Source: an uncultured Gammaproteobacteria bacterium
GTDB taxonomy: Bacteria; Patescibacteriota; Patescibacteriia; Patescibacteriales; UBA12075
Direction of reading: 5' to 3'
DNA length: 64,000 nucleotides
Assembly (NCBI GenBank): GCA_964459725.1
Contig: CAYWNT010000001.1
Location: forward strand, 27,529-91,528
A program made the position numbers and the translations under genes. Numbering within the stretch: position 1 is the first letter of the stretch; each line of letters opens with the position of its first letter. Under the pieces are notes generated by a model. That model was not told where the DNA came from and searched no databases. It saw only the letters and a list, made by a program, of their open reading frames with translations. Of the stretch, positions 22,608-34,000 are shown piece by piece.

Positions 22608-24098
22608 ATGAAGTTGTCTAATTCGAAATTATTTTTATATTCTTGTATTTCTTTTGTTGCTGGAATTGCTGTTGCTTCTTTTTTGCCGTCGACAATTATT
22701 AAAAATGATATTTTGTGGTTCAGTCTCGGTGCACTCTGTTTAGTTTTGGCAGTCTTTCTTTTTTTCTTTGGCAATCAATCTCAAAATAAAAAATCTGCTT
22801 ATCTTTATTATTTAAGCAGATTTTTTTTATTTACTATCTTTTTCTTTTTGGCAATCTGGAGATATTCATTGTCAATTCCGGCAGACTCTCCAAGATTGGT
22901 GGAGCATTACAACGAGCAATCAGTTAAAATTTTAGGAGTTATAGTGGACGATCCAGAGATTGGAAAGAGAACACAAAAACTAAGAGTAGATGTTCGCAAG
23001 CTTCAGAAGTTAGACAGAGTAGAAATAATAAGCAACATCGAGGGCGTTGTTTTAGTAACTACGAGTGTTTATCCGGAATTTGAATATGGAGATAGGATTG
23101 AGCTGGTTTGTAATTTAAAAACCCCAGAAGAGTATAATGGATTTGCCTATGATAAATATCTAGGCAGATTCAATATTTATAGTGTTTGTTTTTACCCAAA
23201 AAAACAAGAAAAGATTCCTGGAGAAAGGTTGGGGGCAATGATGGAGTTAAAAAGAAATATTTTCAGATTTAAAGAAGTAGTTAGCTTGAGAATTAAACAA
23301 GGATTGCCTGAGCCAGAATCAAGCCTGGCCCGCGCTATGATCCTGGGGGATAAGAAGGCAATAGGAGATGACCTACGGGAGACTTTTGCTCGTGTCGGCC
23401 TCAGTCACATAGTTGCTATATCCGGAATGCATATTGGAATAATAGCATTGATTTTTGCGTGGATATTATATCAGTTTGGGCTGTGGCGAAAGCATGTTTT
23501 CTATTTATCCTGCATATTTTTAATTATTTATGTTGTTATGATTGGAGCGCCGGCATCAGCTGTGAGAGCGGCGATCATGGGAATTATTATAGCATTTGGT
23601 TTTTTCATTGGTCGTGTTGGCAGATTGGAGAACGCGTTAATTTTTGCACTCAGTATTATGCTTATCTTCAATCCGAAATTACTTAGATATGATATTGGAT
23701 TTCAGTTGTCATTTCTAGCTCTTTTTGGAATTGTGTATGCTTTTCCTTTCTTTGAAAAGTATTATTTAAAAGTAAAACATAAAATAAATCCTCGAAACAA
23801 TAGGTATTTAAAAATTGGTTTAGACATTGTTATTATTTCTATAATTATTCAGCTGGTAACGATGCCGGTTATAATAATTAATTTTAAACAAATTTCATTA
23901 ATCTCACCAATAGCCAATTTGTTTGTGCTTTGGATTTTACCATTATTAATAAGCGCGTTACTCGTGGCAATAGCTCTCAGCTTGGTCCTTCCCTCCTTTT
24001 CGTTTTTATTCTTTCTTCCAATCCTCATTATCCTCAAATATATTATATTTATCGCTGAAGTAATGTCGAAGTTGCCTTTTTCGTATATTGGTTTGTAA
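22608..24098 (+). CDS. comEC: ComEC/Rec2-family DNA internalisation channel (competence domain only)
   Basis: 496 aa and polytopic, with ARAMILGDKKAIGDDLRETFARVGLSHIVAISGMHIGIIAL. No metallo-beta-lactamase domain. Confidence 0.85.
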   Translation: MKLSNSKLFLYSCISFVAGIAVASFLPSTIIKNDILWFSLGALCLVLAVFLFFFGNQSQNKKSAYLYYLSRFFLFTIFFFLAIWRYSLSIPADSPRLVEHYNEQSVKILGVIVDDPEIGKRTQKLRVDVRKLQKLDRVEIISNIEGVVLVTTSVYPEFEYGDRIELVCNLKTPEEYNGFAYDKYLGRFNIYSVCFYPKKQEKIPGERLGAMMELKRNIFRFKEVVSLRIKQGLPEPESSLARAMILGDKKAIGDDLRETFARVGLSHIVAISGMHIGIIALIFAWILYQFGLWRKHVFYLSCIFLIIYVVMIGAPASAVRAAIMGIIIAFGFFIGRVGRLENALIFALSIMLIFNPKLLRYDIGFQLSFLALFGIVYAFPFFEKYYLKVKHKINPRNNRYLKIGLDIVIISIIIQLVTMPVIIINFKQISLISPIANLFVLWILPLLISALLVAIALSLVLPSFSFLFFLPILIILKYIIFIAEVMSKLPFSYIGL

Positions 24099-24118
24099 AA
24101 TTTGACTAGGAAATAAAA

Positions 24119-24151
24119 ACGCCAATCAGCTTTTGTTTAGCTGATTGGCGT
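24119..24151. terminator. Bidirectional terminator between comEC and fabZ
   Basis: 12-bp stem acgccaatcagc/gctgattggcgt, flanked by A-rich sequence on one side and T-rich on the other. Confidence 0.75.
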
Positions 24152-24175
24152 ATTGTTGTTATGGTGGAAAAATTA

Positions 24176-24643
24176 TTAACTTAAAGCTGCCTGAAATTTT
24201 CCTTCGCAAACAACATTGTTGCCGACGAGGGCTTGGCCCTTGATAAACCAAAGGCCCATTTTTTTTCTCACTAAATTCACTTCTCCTGTGATTTGATCTC
24301 CTGGTCTTACTTCTTTTCTAAACTTAACTTTATCCATACCGGTAAATAATATTTTTTTACCAATATTTTCAATATCAGAAAGAAACACCATTAGAGCTCC
24401 TGATTGAGCAAGCATTTCAACCTGGAAAACTCCGGGAAAAATTGGAAAATCCGGAAAATGACCCTCGAAAATCGGCTCGTTAATTGATACTGATTTTTGC
24501 GTCACAATGCTTTTGCCTGCTTCAAAGTTGATAACCTTCTCGACAAGTAAAATCGGAGAACGGTGCGGTAATAATAATTTGATATCATCAATATTAAGAC
24601 AATTAGCTTTTTGCAGTCGTTCGAATTCTTTCTGGTCAATCAT
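24176..24643 (-). CDS. fabZ: 3-hydroxyacyl-ACP dehydratase FabZ
   Basis: 155 aa with LLPHRSPILLVEKV...FEGHFPDFPIFPGVFQVEMLAQSGA (hot-dog fold active-site region). Confidence 0.88.
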   Translation of the reverse strand: MIDQKEFERLQKANCLNIDDIKLLLPHRSPILLVEKVINFEAGKSIVTQKSVSINEPIFEGHFPDFPIFPGVFQVEMLAQSGALMVFLSDIENIGKKILFTGMDKVKFRKEVRPGDQITGEVNLVRKKMGLWFIKGQALVGNNVVCEGKFQAALS

Positions 24644-24798
24644 ATTTTTCTCCTTGTTGTGGTTAAATCTATTCTATTTTTTAGATAGTCATTTTATAGT
24701 ATATGTAAAATTAGAAATTGTCAATCTATTCTGCTTTATACAAGAAAAAATAAAAAAATAATTATATAAATTGAGATGAATAAAATTGGCGAATTTTC

Positions 24799-24827
24799 TT
24801 GACAAATAGCGATAAGTATGATAATAT
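24799..24827 (+). promoter_or_regulatory. Extended -10 promoter for the 24932/25931 gene pair
   Basis: TTGACA 24799-24804, a 17-nt spacer ending in TGa, TAATAT 24822-24827. Confidence 0.6.
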
Positions 24828-24931
24828 TAAGTATCTAATAAAATTCATTTTTATGTTTAATGTTAGTTAATTCTGATCATTGAAAACTAAATAATTTGCC
24901 TTATTTAATAAAAACAATAAAGGGGAGTGTC

Positions 24932-25870
24932 ATGGAAGATGGAAAAAGCTTAGTAGTGAGAGAAGAAACATCAGTCGCTTTTGTGGCTAATCAAACTAAG
25001 GCAGCAATTAACTCCGGTATTCGATCAGTTGCCAGGGCAGCCGTAAGTCAAGTTGAAGATTTGCCAGTTGGGCAAATACGACAGGTGCTTGATGCTGTGT
25101 GTGCAGGACATCCATTTGCGATGCGTACAATGGTTGAGACCTCTCTCACTTTCAATAGTGATGATGAGTATTCGGCAATTGTTGAGGCTATGGAGCCTGA
25201 TGAAATTCAGCATATAATGGAAATAAGTGAAAATATTTTTTCACAAGATAGTTTTCACGTTATTTCTCCACTTGATCACCACGATGATGCCTTATGGATT
25301 CCAATTACGGAAGAGGAGAAAGAGGCGATTGATAGATCTGAAGACGCTAATCTTCAGTCTAGAGTAAGAAGCATAAATCCTGTTTCTAGTTCTGTGAAAG
25401 TAGAAGGCCCATGGGCGATATTTCACAAAAAAACTGCCGTTGATAAAGAATCCATCATAAGTTATGTGTCAGCAGTAGTTAATGCCCGTCGCAGTAACGA
25501 TTGGAAAGAGGACATGCTTCGGGCAATAGGATTGGAAGTTTTGGCTTTTGTTTTTCATCATGATGATGAGATAAGAGCGAGAGTACAAAAAATTTCCCCT
25601 AAATTTGAAATTGAAGTTAAGGCTTTTTTGGAAAACAATCAACACGATCTTGAAGTGTTGATAGCACAAAGGCATGAAGATGCCCTTGATGATATGGGCA
25701 TGGCCGATACAGTCTTGCCAGAAGAAGAGCAATCGACAGAGTCTCTGTTGGGTGAACTTTCAGAATTAGAAGCACTTGCTGGCGGTGATGTTCAGGAGGC
25801 CGAAATTGCTTCAAGTGATATAGATGATGCGCTGAGCGCGGCATTTCAAAAAGGTATTCCTAATGAATGA
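24932..25870 (+). CDS. Hypothetical acidic protein P1 (no signal peptide), distant paralog of 25931-27799
   Basis: The start is moved to ATG 24932, behind SD aaaggggag. It shares the NIFS(Q/E)D ... LW....EE.EAI block with the next gene. It looks more G+C-rich than the flanks. Confidence 0.6.
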   Translation: MEDGKSLVVREETSVAFVANQTKAAINSGIRSVARAAVSQVEDLPVGQIRQVLDAVCAGHPFAMRTMVETSLTFNSDDEYSAIVEAMEPDEIQHIMEISENIFSQDSFHVISPLDHHDDALWIPITEEEKEAIDRSEDANLQSRVRSINPVSSSVKVEGPWAIFHKKTAVDKESIISYVSAVVNARRSNDWKEDMLRAIGLEVLAFVFHHDDEIRARVQKISPKFEIEVKAFLENNQHDLEVLIAQRHEDALDDMGMADTVLPEEEQSTESLLGELSELEALAGGDVQEAEIASSDIDDALSAAFQKGIPNE

Positions 25871-25877
25871 GGTAATG

Positions 25878-25907
25878 AGGCTCTACTTGTTTTTACAAGT
25901 AGAGCCT
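25878..25907 (+). promoter_or_regulatory. Intercistronic 13-bp perfect stem-loop without a T-tract
   Basis: Stem aggctctacttgt / acaagtagagcct with loop tttt, lying between the P1 stop and the P2 SD (gggggga). Confidence 0.5.
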
Positions 25908-25930
25908 TACTAAATTGGGGGGAGAAAATT

Positions 25931-27799
25931 ATGAGCAATGGTGACATAGTAGAAGTTTCTTCGATTGAAGCAGATGAGAGTTATTTGTTTGCTCAGGTGT
26001 ACTCAGCTCTTGATTTGTCTCCGGAAATAAGGGATTCACACAAAGAAGAGTTGAGATCTCTGGGCCTTAAACAAATAAAGGAGTTCGGCGGTAATCCGAT
26101 TAACCAAGCCGATCAAGCGAGAGGTGTAAGAAGGGCTTTGAAATTAATAAACCTTGGCCTTGAAAAAGCTGTAGAGAAAAAAGATCAAGAAATTGCTTTT
26201 TTTGATACAAATTTTGCTGGCATTATATTACGGAACAAGCCGTTGGAAATTTTGTACAAATTGGGAAAAAATATTTTTTCAGAAGACCGGGAAGTTGCCC
26301 TGAGTTTGTTAGAAAAGTCTGAGATAAAAGTCGATGAACTGTGGTATTGTTTAATAAATCCTGAAGAGCTGGAAGCAATAAGACAAATTACAGACTTGGA
26401 TGTATGTCGAGGCACTATTTCGGAGCACAAGTCGGCAACTAATTCTGTTCCAGGGGTATTCAGGAAAATGGAATTAGCAAAAAATTTACCTTTCTTTAAA
26501 GGTGATCTTATTTTCAGAAACTTTAAATCTTTTGGATCTCTGACAAAAGGGAATTATACCTCCGGAGAAGGTCTAGTTGATGTCTTCTTAGTTTCGTTAA
26601 TAATTGCGTGTTTGCATCGTGATGAAGAAGAGATGTTCCAGAGAAAAAGGGATTTAGAAGGTCGTGACATATTAAAAAAGAGTATAGATATTGCTCGTGC
26701 CATTGGTGATTATGAAAGCATCGAAAGACTTGTTGCTGATTCACAAGTGACAGAGAGATCAATGCAGTATGACAGAGAAGCTAGGTATCGCGATAAAAAA
26801 ATGCAGGAAAATTTTTTATCCGATCTGTCATTAGTTAAAATTGAAGAACTTGAAAGTTTTATCGAAATGATGTTTTGGGAAAAAGAAAAATTTTTAGTCA
26901 AAGCTCATAACATAAAAAGTCGCTATAATGATTTTTTCACAGTAACAGTTGATACTTTAAAGCTAAAAAATGAAGGAAAAATCTATAGTTCTACTCTTTT
27001 CTTGTTCCAAGAGTTAATTGTAAAAATATATGAAGATGTAAGAGCATTTTATCTTACAATTGATGATCCTGATTTAAAAAATGATGAAGTAGTAAAATTT
27101 TGGAACGGAAGAGTCTTGTTAAAACCTGCCCGTGATAACAGCATGATGGAGGGCATTGCAAAAGGTGCAGAGAATGGAGTCGGACCATCTGAGCTTGCAA
27201 AAATGCCGCTCGATTTTGTTTTAAAATCAGTGTCTCATTTTATTCACTGGAAGGAGAGCAGAAAAAGTGAGTTTGTCGCAAGCTTTAACCCCAATAGATT
27301 TATCTACGAGAAAGATGATCAGTGGAATTTTGTCGTCTTTTTCAGATTTTTAGATCCCTATGCTATTGGCTGGCCTGAACAAGCGACGCCAAATGTAGAC
27401 AGTGATCTAAGGATGGCCATTAAAAATTGCAGGTTTGGCGAGGAGCAAGATGACAAATCAGTGGTTGTTTATGAGCAGAGTGAAGATCACACCCATGAAT
27501 TGTTGAAAAAAATAGCTTGGGAACATGTTCATCCGATTTCTGTATCAATGTTGTGGGAATATGGCTCTGATAAAATCAGAAATTTCATCTCTAATCATTG
27601 TGACAGGATAAAGATCACAACGCATGCTTTGAAAAAGTATTACATTTTCGAGCATGAAGATTTGCGTTTACTTGATTTTGCTTTAACCGAATTAATTAAT
27701 CAAGACAAGCTCAAGAAAAAGGCTTGGGAAAATTTGATTTGGCTTTCAAAAGATATGCCGAGAGCCGGGAGACTGGTAATGGAAAAATCTCAAACATAA
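25931..27799 (+). CDS. Hypothetical protein P2 (622 aa, no signal peptide)
   Basis: Long ORF with SD. Its N-terminal third resembles P1. No catalytic motif was recognised. Confidence 0.6.
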   Translation: MSNGDIVEVSSIEADESYLFAQVYSALDLSPEIRDSHKEELRSLGLKQIKEFGGNPINQADQARGVRRALKLINLGLEKAVEKKDQEIAFFDTNFAGIILRNKPLEILYKLGKNIFSEDREVALSLLEKSEIKVDELWYCLINPEELEAIRQITDLDVCRGTISEHKSATNSVPGVFRKMELAKNLPFFKGDLIFRNFKSFGSLTKGNYTSGEGLVDVFLVSLIIACLHRDEEEMFQRKRDLEGRDILKKSIDIARAIGDYESIERLVADSQVTERSMQYDREARYRDKKMQENFLSDLSLVKIEELESFIEMMFWEKEKFLVKAHNIKSRYNDFFTVTVDTLKLKNEGKIYSSTLFLFQELIVKIYEDVRAFYLTIDDPDLKNDEVVKFWNGRVLLKPARDNSMMEGIAKGAENGVGPSELAKMPLDFVLKSVSHFIHWKESRKSEFVASFNPNRFIYEKDDQWNFVVFFRFLDPYAIGWPEQATPNVDSDLRMAIKNCRFGEEQDDKSVVVYEQSEDHTHELLKKIAWEHVHPISVSMLWEYGSDKIRNFISNHCDRIKITTHALKKYYIFEHEDLRLLDFALTELINQDKLKKKAWENLIWLSKDMPRAGRLVMEKSQT

Positions 27800-27820
27800 A
27801 AAAGAAAAAAATGAAATAAT

Positions 27821-27855
27821 ATAGCAACTTGCTTAGGTAGGTTGCTATTTTTTTA
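27821..27855 (+). terminator. Rho-independent terminator
   Basis: Stem atagcaac/gttgctat followed by a T-run. Confidence 0.65.
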
Positions 27856-28009
27856 TGAAATTTTTATGAATTCTTTATTTGACAAATTGCCTTGAAATAT
27901 TTTCTTGCATATGATAAAAAACAAGGTCAATATTTTTATAAATTACTTCAGCGCTTTTGATTGCAGTATTGATGAATTATTTAGCGTTTTATCAAGGGGG
28001 ACAAAAAAT

Positions 28010-31000
28010 ATGTACAATATAAACTTTATCCCAAAACCTAAGAAAAAGGTTGATTTTTCTAAGGTATTGCCATTGATGGTTATTTTTTCAATGGTGATTT
28101 CTATGTTTCCGGCACCTATCTTTGCTGATTTAAATACAGGTATCGATTCTGGAAATAAAATTGATTTTTCTACTATTATTGGACTCGGAAAACATCAATA
28201 CAAAAATGGAAATTATTCCAAATTACAGGACGCTTATAGGTATATCTTTAATAATATCTATACAGATGGTTCTAAGCTACTTGCCTATCCTGAAAAATTT
28301 TCTGCTTCAGAGTCGGGAGCTAGTATTAATTATGATCAAGGAGCAGTATTTAATTTGGACGAAAATGATGACTTGAGTGATCCGAGACAGAAAAATAAAT
28401 TTGAATACTTTGTAAGTTCAACTACGGCAGAGCTAGGAAGAGCTAAGGCTTTATATGATGGCAACATTGCTATATTAGATCTTGAAAAGCACGTAAACGG
28501 AGAATTAAAAAATCTTACATTTGAATCCTCTTCTTATTGTCATATTTTGCATACTTATATTGGTAAGCACGAACAATGTTTCTCTGGCATGAGAGATTAT
28601 GAGGAGTATTTAGATGATGAAAAGTTTGCCGAAAAAGAAGAAACAAGTATTGTTTATTTTCATGTGGATGATGCTAAAAACGGAAAGTTAATGAATGGCA
28701 ATAATCCTCTCTTTAATATTTTGATCTTGCCTGATTTAATTTTTGGTCAAGAAGATAAAGTTCTTGAGAGCTTAGGAGTTGAGGGACAAAAAGCGATCAG
28801 AGATTTTGCAGCTGCAGGAGGAACTGTTTTCTCAACTGGAAAGTCATCTTATTTACTTGAAAAAATTGGACTTCTGGCAGATGGCACAGTTGATAAAGGC
28901 ACAGTAGTAAGAAGCAACTTCAACAAGATTAATTTGAATTGGAACGGGAAAGATGATTATGAAAGTAAATTGCTCAAGATGGGAAATTTTGAAAATGTTT
29001 TTGACGAAACTTTTCTTAATCCGGAAAACAAAGTGTTGAAAGTCATGGCTGACCACTATGTGCGCACTGGAGCGATAGAAGACAATGAGAATAAGTATAA
29101 TGAGACTATAGAAATACTACGAGGATTTAATCATAGATCTCAAATGTATTTCCTAACAAATTATTTTGTTAATTCAGAGAACGACGGAGAACTTAATGAG
29201 GTGGCAAGTTATAATTTAACAATAGGAAATAATTTAACATTTCAAAACGAAGATTCCTTAAGTTCTATAGAAAGGCCAGCCGACAAGATGACAGCCATAG
29301 CTTGGAAAAAATATGATAAAGGAAAAGTGGTGGTTATAAACGGAAATCCAGCATCTGGTCATGAAAAGTATTATCCTTATATTTTTAATTCAGTTTTCTT
29401 GTCTGGAGCAAAAAGCATAATTGCTGACTTAAAGGTGGCGCAAAAAACAAACCCTGACTTAGATGATGATATAATCCCAGCTTATGAAAAAGAGGTGGGA
29501 CTCCTAGGGAGCTTTAAAGTTAATAATTTTTTCAATAAACCAATTGAGAATATAAAGATTGGTGTAAATATTTATAAAGGATTTGAGATCGGTCAAAGTG
29601 ATAGCCTTTCTAATTGTGAAGTAAGAACTTTGGATGATAATGATTTGTATAACCAGAGACTAGAATGTGTTTATGACACCATAGAAGCTTTTGAAGAAGT
29701 ATATTTTGATTTTCCTGTTGTTATGACAGATCCGTATGTCACCAGAAAGAGAAAGGACATAGAAGCAGCAGATGGGGAGATGATTTATACAAGAGATGGA
29801 TTGTGGCAAGAAACAGTAAGTGGAGGAATTAGTTATTTACAAGCTAGAAATAGTTCAGAGATAAGAGGAGAGTATAATCCTGATCCGTCTTCGTTTTACC
29901 CCTTGAAAGGTGAAGGTGATTACATAGACAATGTTTTGTCAGCTCAAAATAGGGCACATACTGACGCTCTAGACGTTGAGCATATTGCAGTAGTTCCATT
30001 GATATCACCTGTGGTTGATGGGAATGATCAAGCTTCACTTGCTTATACTTTGGAGTTTTACAATGAATACTATCAGAACAAAAAAACAGAAAATTCTTAT
30101 GTGTTTCCATTTGAACAATATGGAGAAGTTAGGGATTATGATTATTTAGACTATAAGGAGCTTGGTTGTTCTGATGTAGTACTATCTCCTGACTGGGATA
30201 CACCAGTAAAAGTTGAGCTCATGAATAGAAGCGAAGCTGACTTACCAGTAAGCACAAGTTGTGAAGATGGAAGTCTGAGTAATATTGTTGGAAGAAATTA
30301 TGCGTACAGTATAAATAATAACAACCTAGCAACACTTCAAAGGTTTTTTCCAGATGCTGGAGACACTTACACCAATGCAACACAAAGACAATTGGTATTC
30401 CTAGACACTACCAAAGAGAAAGGAGCTAGAGATTACTATGAAGGATCTATTCCGGAAGAAATAAGAAACGGCAAGACGGCTAAGAAGAAATTGGTTTTTG
30501 CCAGAAATGACGTTTATTTTTATGATAATGACAATTATCCTCTACCATTAGGTGTTGAAGATAATGATATTTATATTTCAGTTGATAAAATGGATGAATG
30601 TGGTGACCCGGAGAAAGGAATTGTAAATCCTGGATATTTTGATCATGAAAAAGAGGGCGGTATAAAGCCAAATGAATATGAAAATGAACTGAGGTGTGAA
30701 CATGGAAAGAAGAAGATTCACGCTAATGTGGTAGAGGATTATACAAATGGAAAAGTTGAGCTATCTCATTATCTTTTCCCTATTACAGATAGTGATAACA
30801 TAAACGAAGTTCATGATTTGGCAGATTTTAATACTTCTTCCAATGAGCACAAAGACTATAGCGAGGTTGAATTTGTAAAAGCGCATACAAATATTTTTAC
30901 ATTGAATCCTAGAACAACACCACTCGGTGGTAAGTTCGTCTTTACTTTGCCTAGTGATGTTAACTTTAATTCAGATGATCCAGTGGGTGAAGGTCTTATT

Positions 31001-34000
31001 AATTTCTCTGCTGACCATGTGGCTTTTAGAGAGATTGAATATAATGCGGAAACAGGAGAGGTGATTGCGAAGTTTATTCGCGGCAAGATGCCAAATGAAA
31101 GATATGGCAAACCAGATATAATGCAGGTTAATTTTGAGGATCTGGATACTGATAGAGATTTTGACCTTAAGGTAGAGCTCAAGAGCTTGGAATATGATAT
31201 TGGCAATGGAGAAAATATGGAAATTTACAAAAATGCTGAGTTCACAGATAATATGCAAATGCAGAAAAAGCCCTTTCTTCGAATGCCTAGTCTTATATTG
31301 AAATTCAGATTAAATAGAGGGGAGAATGAAGATGAAAGTTATTTCAAAAGATACGAAAACATGGAGCCGTTTATTAGATACGGTGTTTATATCCAGGAGC
31401 TATTAAAACATAGAACAGTATATGGTTTTGCAGAAAATCATCCCGTGAGAGATCCTGGGTTGGTACTTAGAAGTGGAGGATTCTCAACATTTTCAAATAT
31501 TGGAGCATCTTCAATTCCGTTCAAAGAATACTTGCAAACAGGAATTAGACAGAGTGTGCCAGCTTCAGCGGTTACTTCTCGTATTGATTATAAAGATATA
31601 TGGAATAGACAATGGACCATGCCAGCCAGAACCGTGCTTCCTGATGTTCCTCCAATTCCGCCACCACTTAGAAATTTTATGATCAATACTACTTTTGAAA
31701 TGAGAGACATGGAAACCGGAGAGCGACACTTAGAGTGGGCATCGGACAGAGAGGTGGAAGTGCTTCATAAATTAAAAACAGTAAATAATTACCCTAAGTA
31801 TTTTGATTGTACAGCCTGTGAGGGAAATGAACTTTTGGTAAGAGAGGACAAGGAAGTAAAGGTGAGAAAAAAATATTATGTGGATATTAGTGAAGAGAGT
31901 CTTTACCCAAATCCTAATAGCTATCCATTAGCCAGAAATATGCCTGATAATGATATGGATGGATTACCTAATTATATGGAGGCAAATATTGGTTCTGATG
32001 AAAATAGTGAAGACACAGATGGAGATGAATATTTGGATGGGGAAGAATTTGTAAATGGATACAATGTCACAGGTGAAGGGGAAGCTTCAACCAGCACTTC
32101 ATCAAGCGCAGGAGCAAGTACAACAATGGAAGAGATAGTAGAAGAAGAGGAAGAAGCTCAAGGATTAAATGGTGACAACGAAGAAGATCCTTCGACCACT
32201 TCGACAGGCTCCCTCCAGGAAGGCGGGCAGGCTCCTTCGGCAAGCTCTCCTTCGACAGGCTCCCTCCAAGACGGCGGGCAAGTAGGACAAGAGGTACAGG
32301 AGGGTGAATCTGGAAATTCTACTGAGGAAGAATCAAATAAAGAAGATTCAACTGAAGAACAGGAAGAGTCTTCTGATTCTGAATCTGAAACTCCTCAAAC
32401 ACAGGAAGTTGAAGTCGAAACAATTGAACAAGTAGAAAGTTCATCTGATGAGGCTAGCAATTTTGCAATTTCATCTGATGGGGTAGACCATCCTGAAAAT
32501 TTGTATTTGAAGTCAGGAAATACTGCCAATTATGGAATGTGTTATCAATCAAAAGGAGATTTAGTTGACGGAGACGTGCTAACTGATAGTGAGAGAAATA
32601 AAATATTAGATGTTGAATTATGTGAAAGTGATGACGAGTGTAGTGAATTGGCTGATATACCTAGCCTATCCAAAAGACCAAGAGGAGAGAGTGGCAACTG
32701 GAACCATTCAGAGGCGGTTGAGGATTATTATCCAGAGAATTATATAAATGAAAGCATGTGGAGTCTGACTCATTATGATTATGCAGACAATGCCTTTGAG
32801 AAAGGTTATGTTTATCATATGGACAATCTTCTTCCTAATTTAGACAATATTAACAATAGAAAAATTCTAAGACCACATAATATTATAGCTCAGCCAATGT
32901 ACAAGGGTCTTGGTTATGCCATGAATTATGACAGAAATTATACATCGAAATTTTATGATGTAGAAGGAAATAAAATTACAGGTTGGCAAAGTGATAACCT
33001 GCAAAACAAAGACGATACATTGCTTGGCGGTCAGCTAGAAGCAAATGAGATTTCAGTAGACAAGGATAATCAGATGAAAAATAGATTTGTAGAGATTACA
33101 AATTTGGAAAATGGTGGAGAAAAGGTAGACAGGGCACTGGGCAATATTTATGCTTGTTTATTTAATAGGTGGAGAGCGAAAGTAGATCCTAATGACACTA
33201 AGTTTGTTTATCCTGACAATGTTTATAAGAATAATGTTATTCCTATTATTCCAGAGCTAAACAAGAATGATGCAAAGTTGACTAGTTATAATTGCGGAAG
33301 TGAATATTATACTCCAGAAAACATTCATGAAATAGACAATATCAAAGAAACTTATTCTAAGGATTGGTTATATTTTGGAATGGGACTTAGAGGTGGAGCT
33401 AAGGAAACCATAAACATAGTTTCAAAGCTAGATCCAATCGAGGGAGTGGCCTATGAGGGAGCGACCAAGATAAATACTGGAGCTAGATTTACTTATTGGA
33501 ATCCGGCCAATGGACCTAATTCGTTTATAGTAACTGATAATGACGTGAATATTGTAGAAGCTAAGCGAAGCAATATCGTGGTGAAGAAAGAAATCATTCC
33601 TGTGGAGGTGCCAACGTTTAATGCTGATATTTATCATTTGATATCTGTGGAAGACGCTAAAGAACATTGGCGATGGTTTAGGGATTCGCCGTATACAAAG
33701 CATTTCGGCTTTGGTGATGCTTCTACCGGAGTAATAGTTGGAAATAACAAGAAGTTGAAAAATAATGGCAGTATAATTAATCCTGGCCAGGAAACCGTTG
33801 TGAAAATTGAATTACTTAATAATAGCGGGTATGATTGGAATTTAATCAAATCACAGAATGGAAAACCAGCGATTGAAGCCCTAGAATTACCAGCAGAAGC
33901 AATTAATGCTAATGATTATTTGTACAAACTTAAACACGCCATCAAAAAGCCGATCAAGTTTAATTTTATAGATCTTGATATTCCGGCTGAGATTAAGGAC

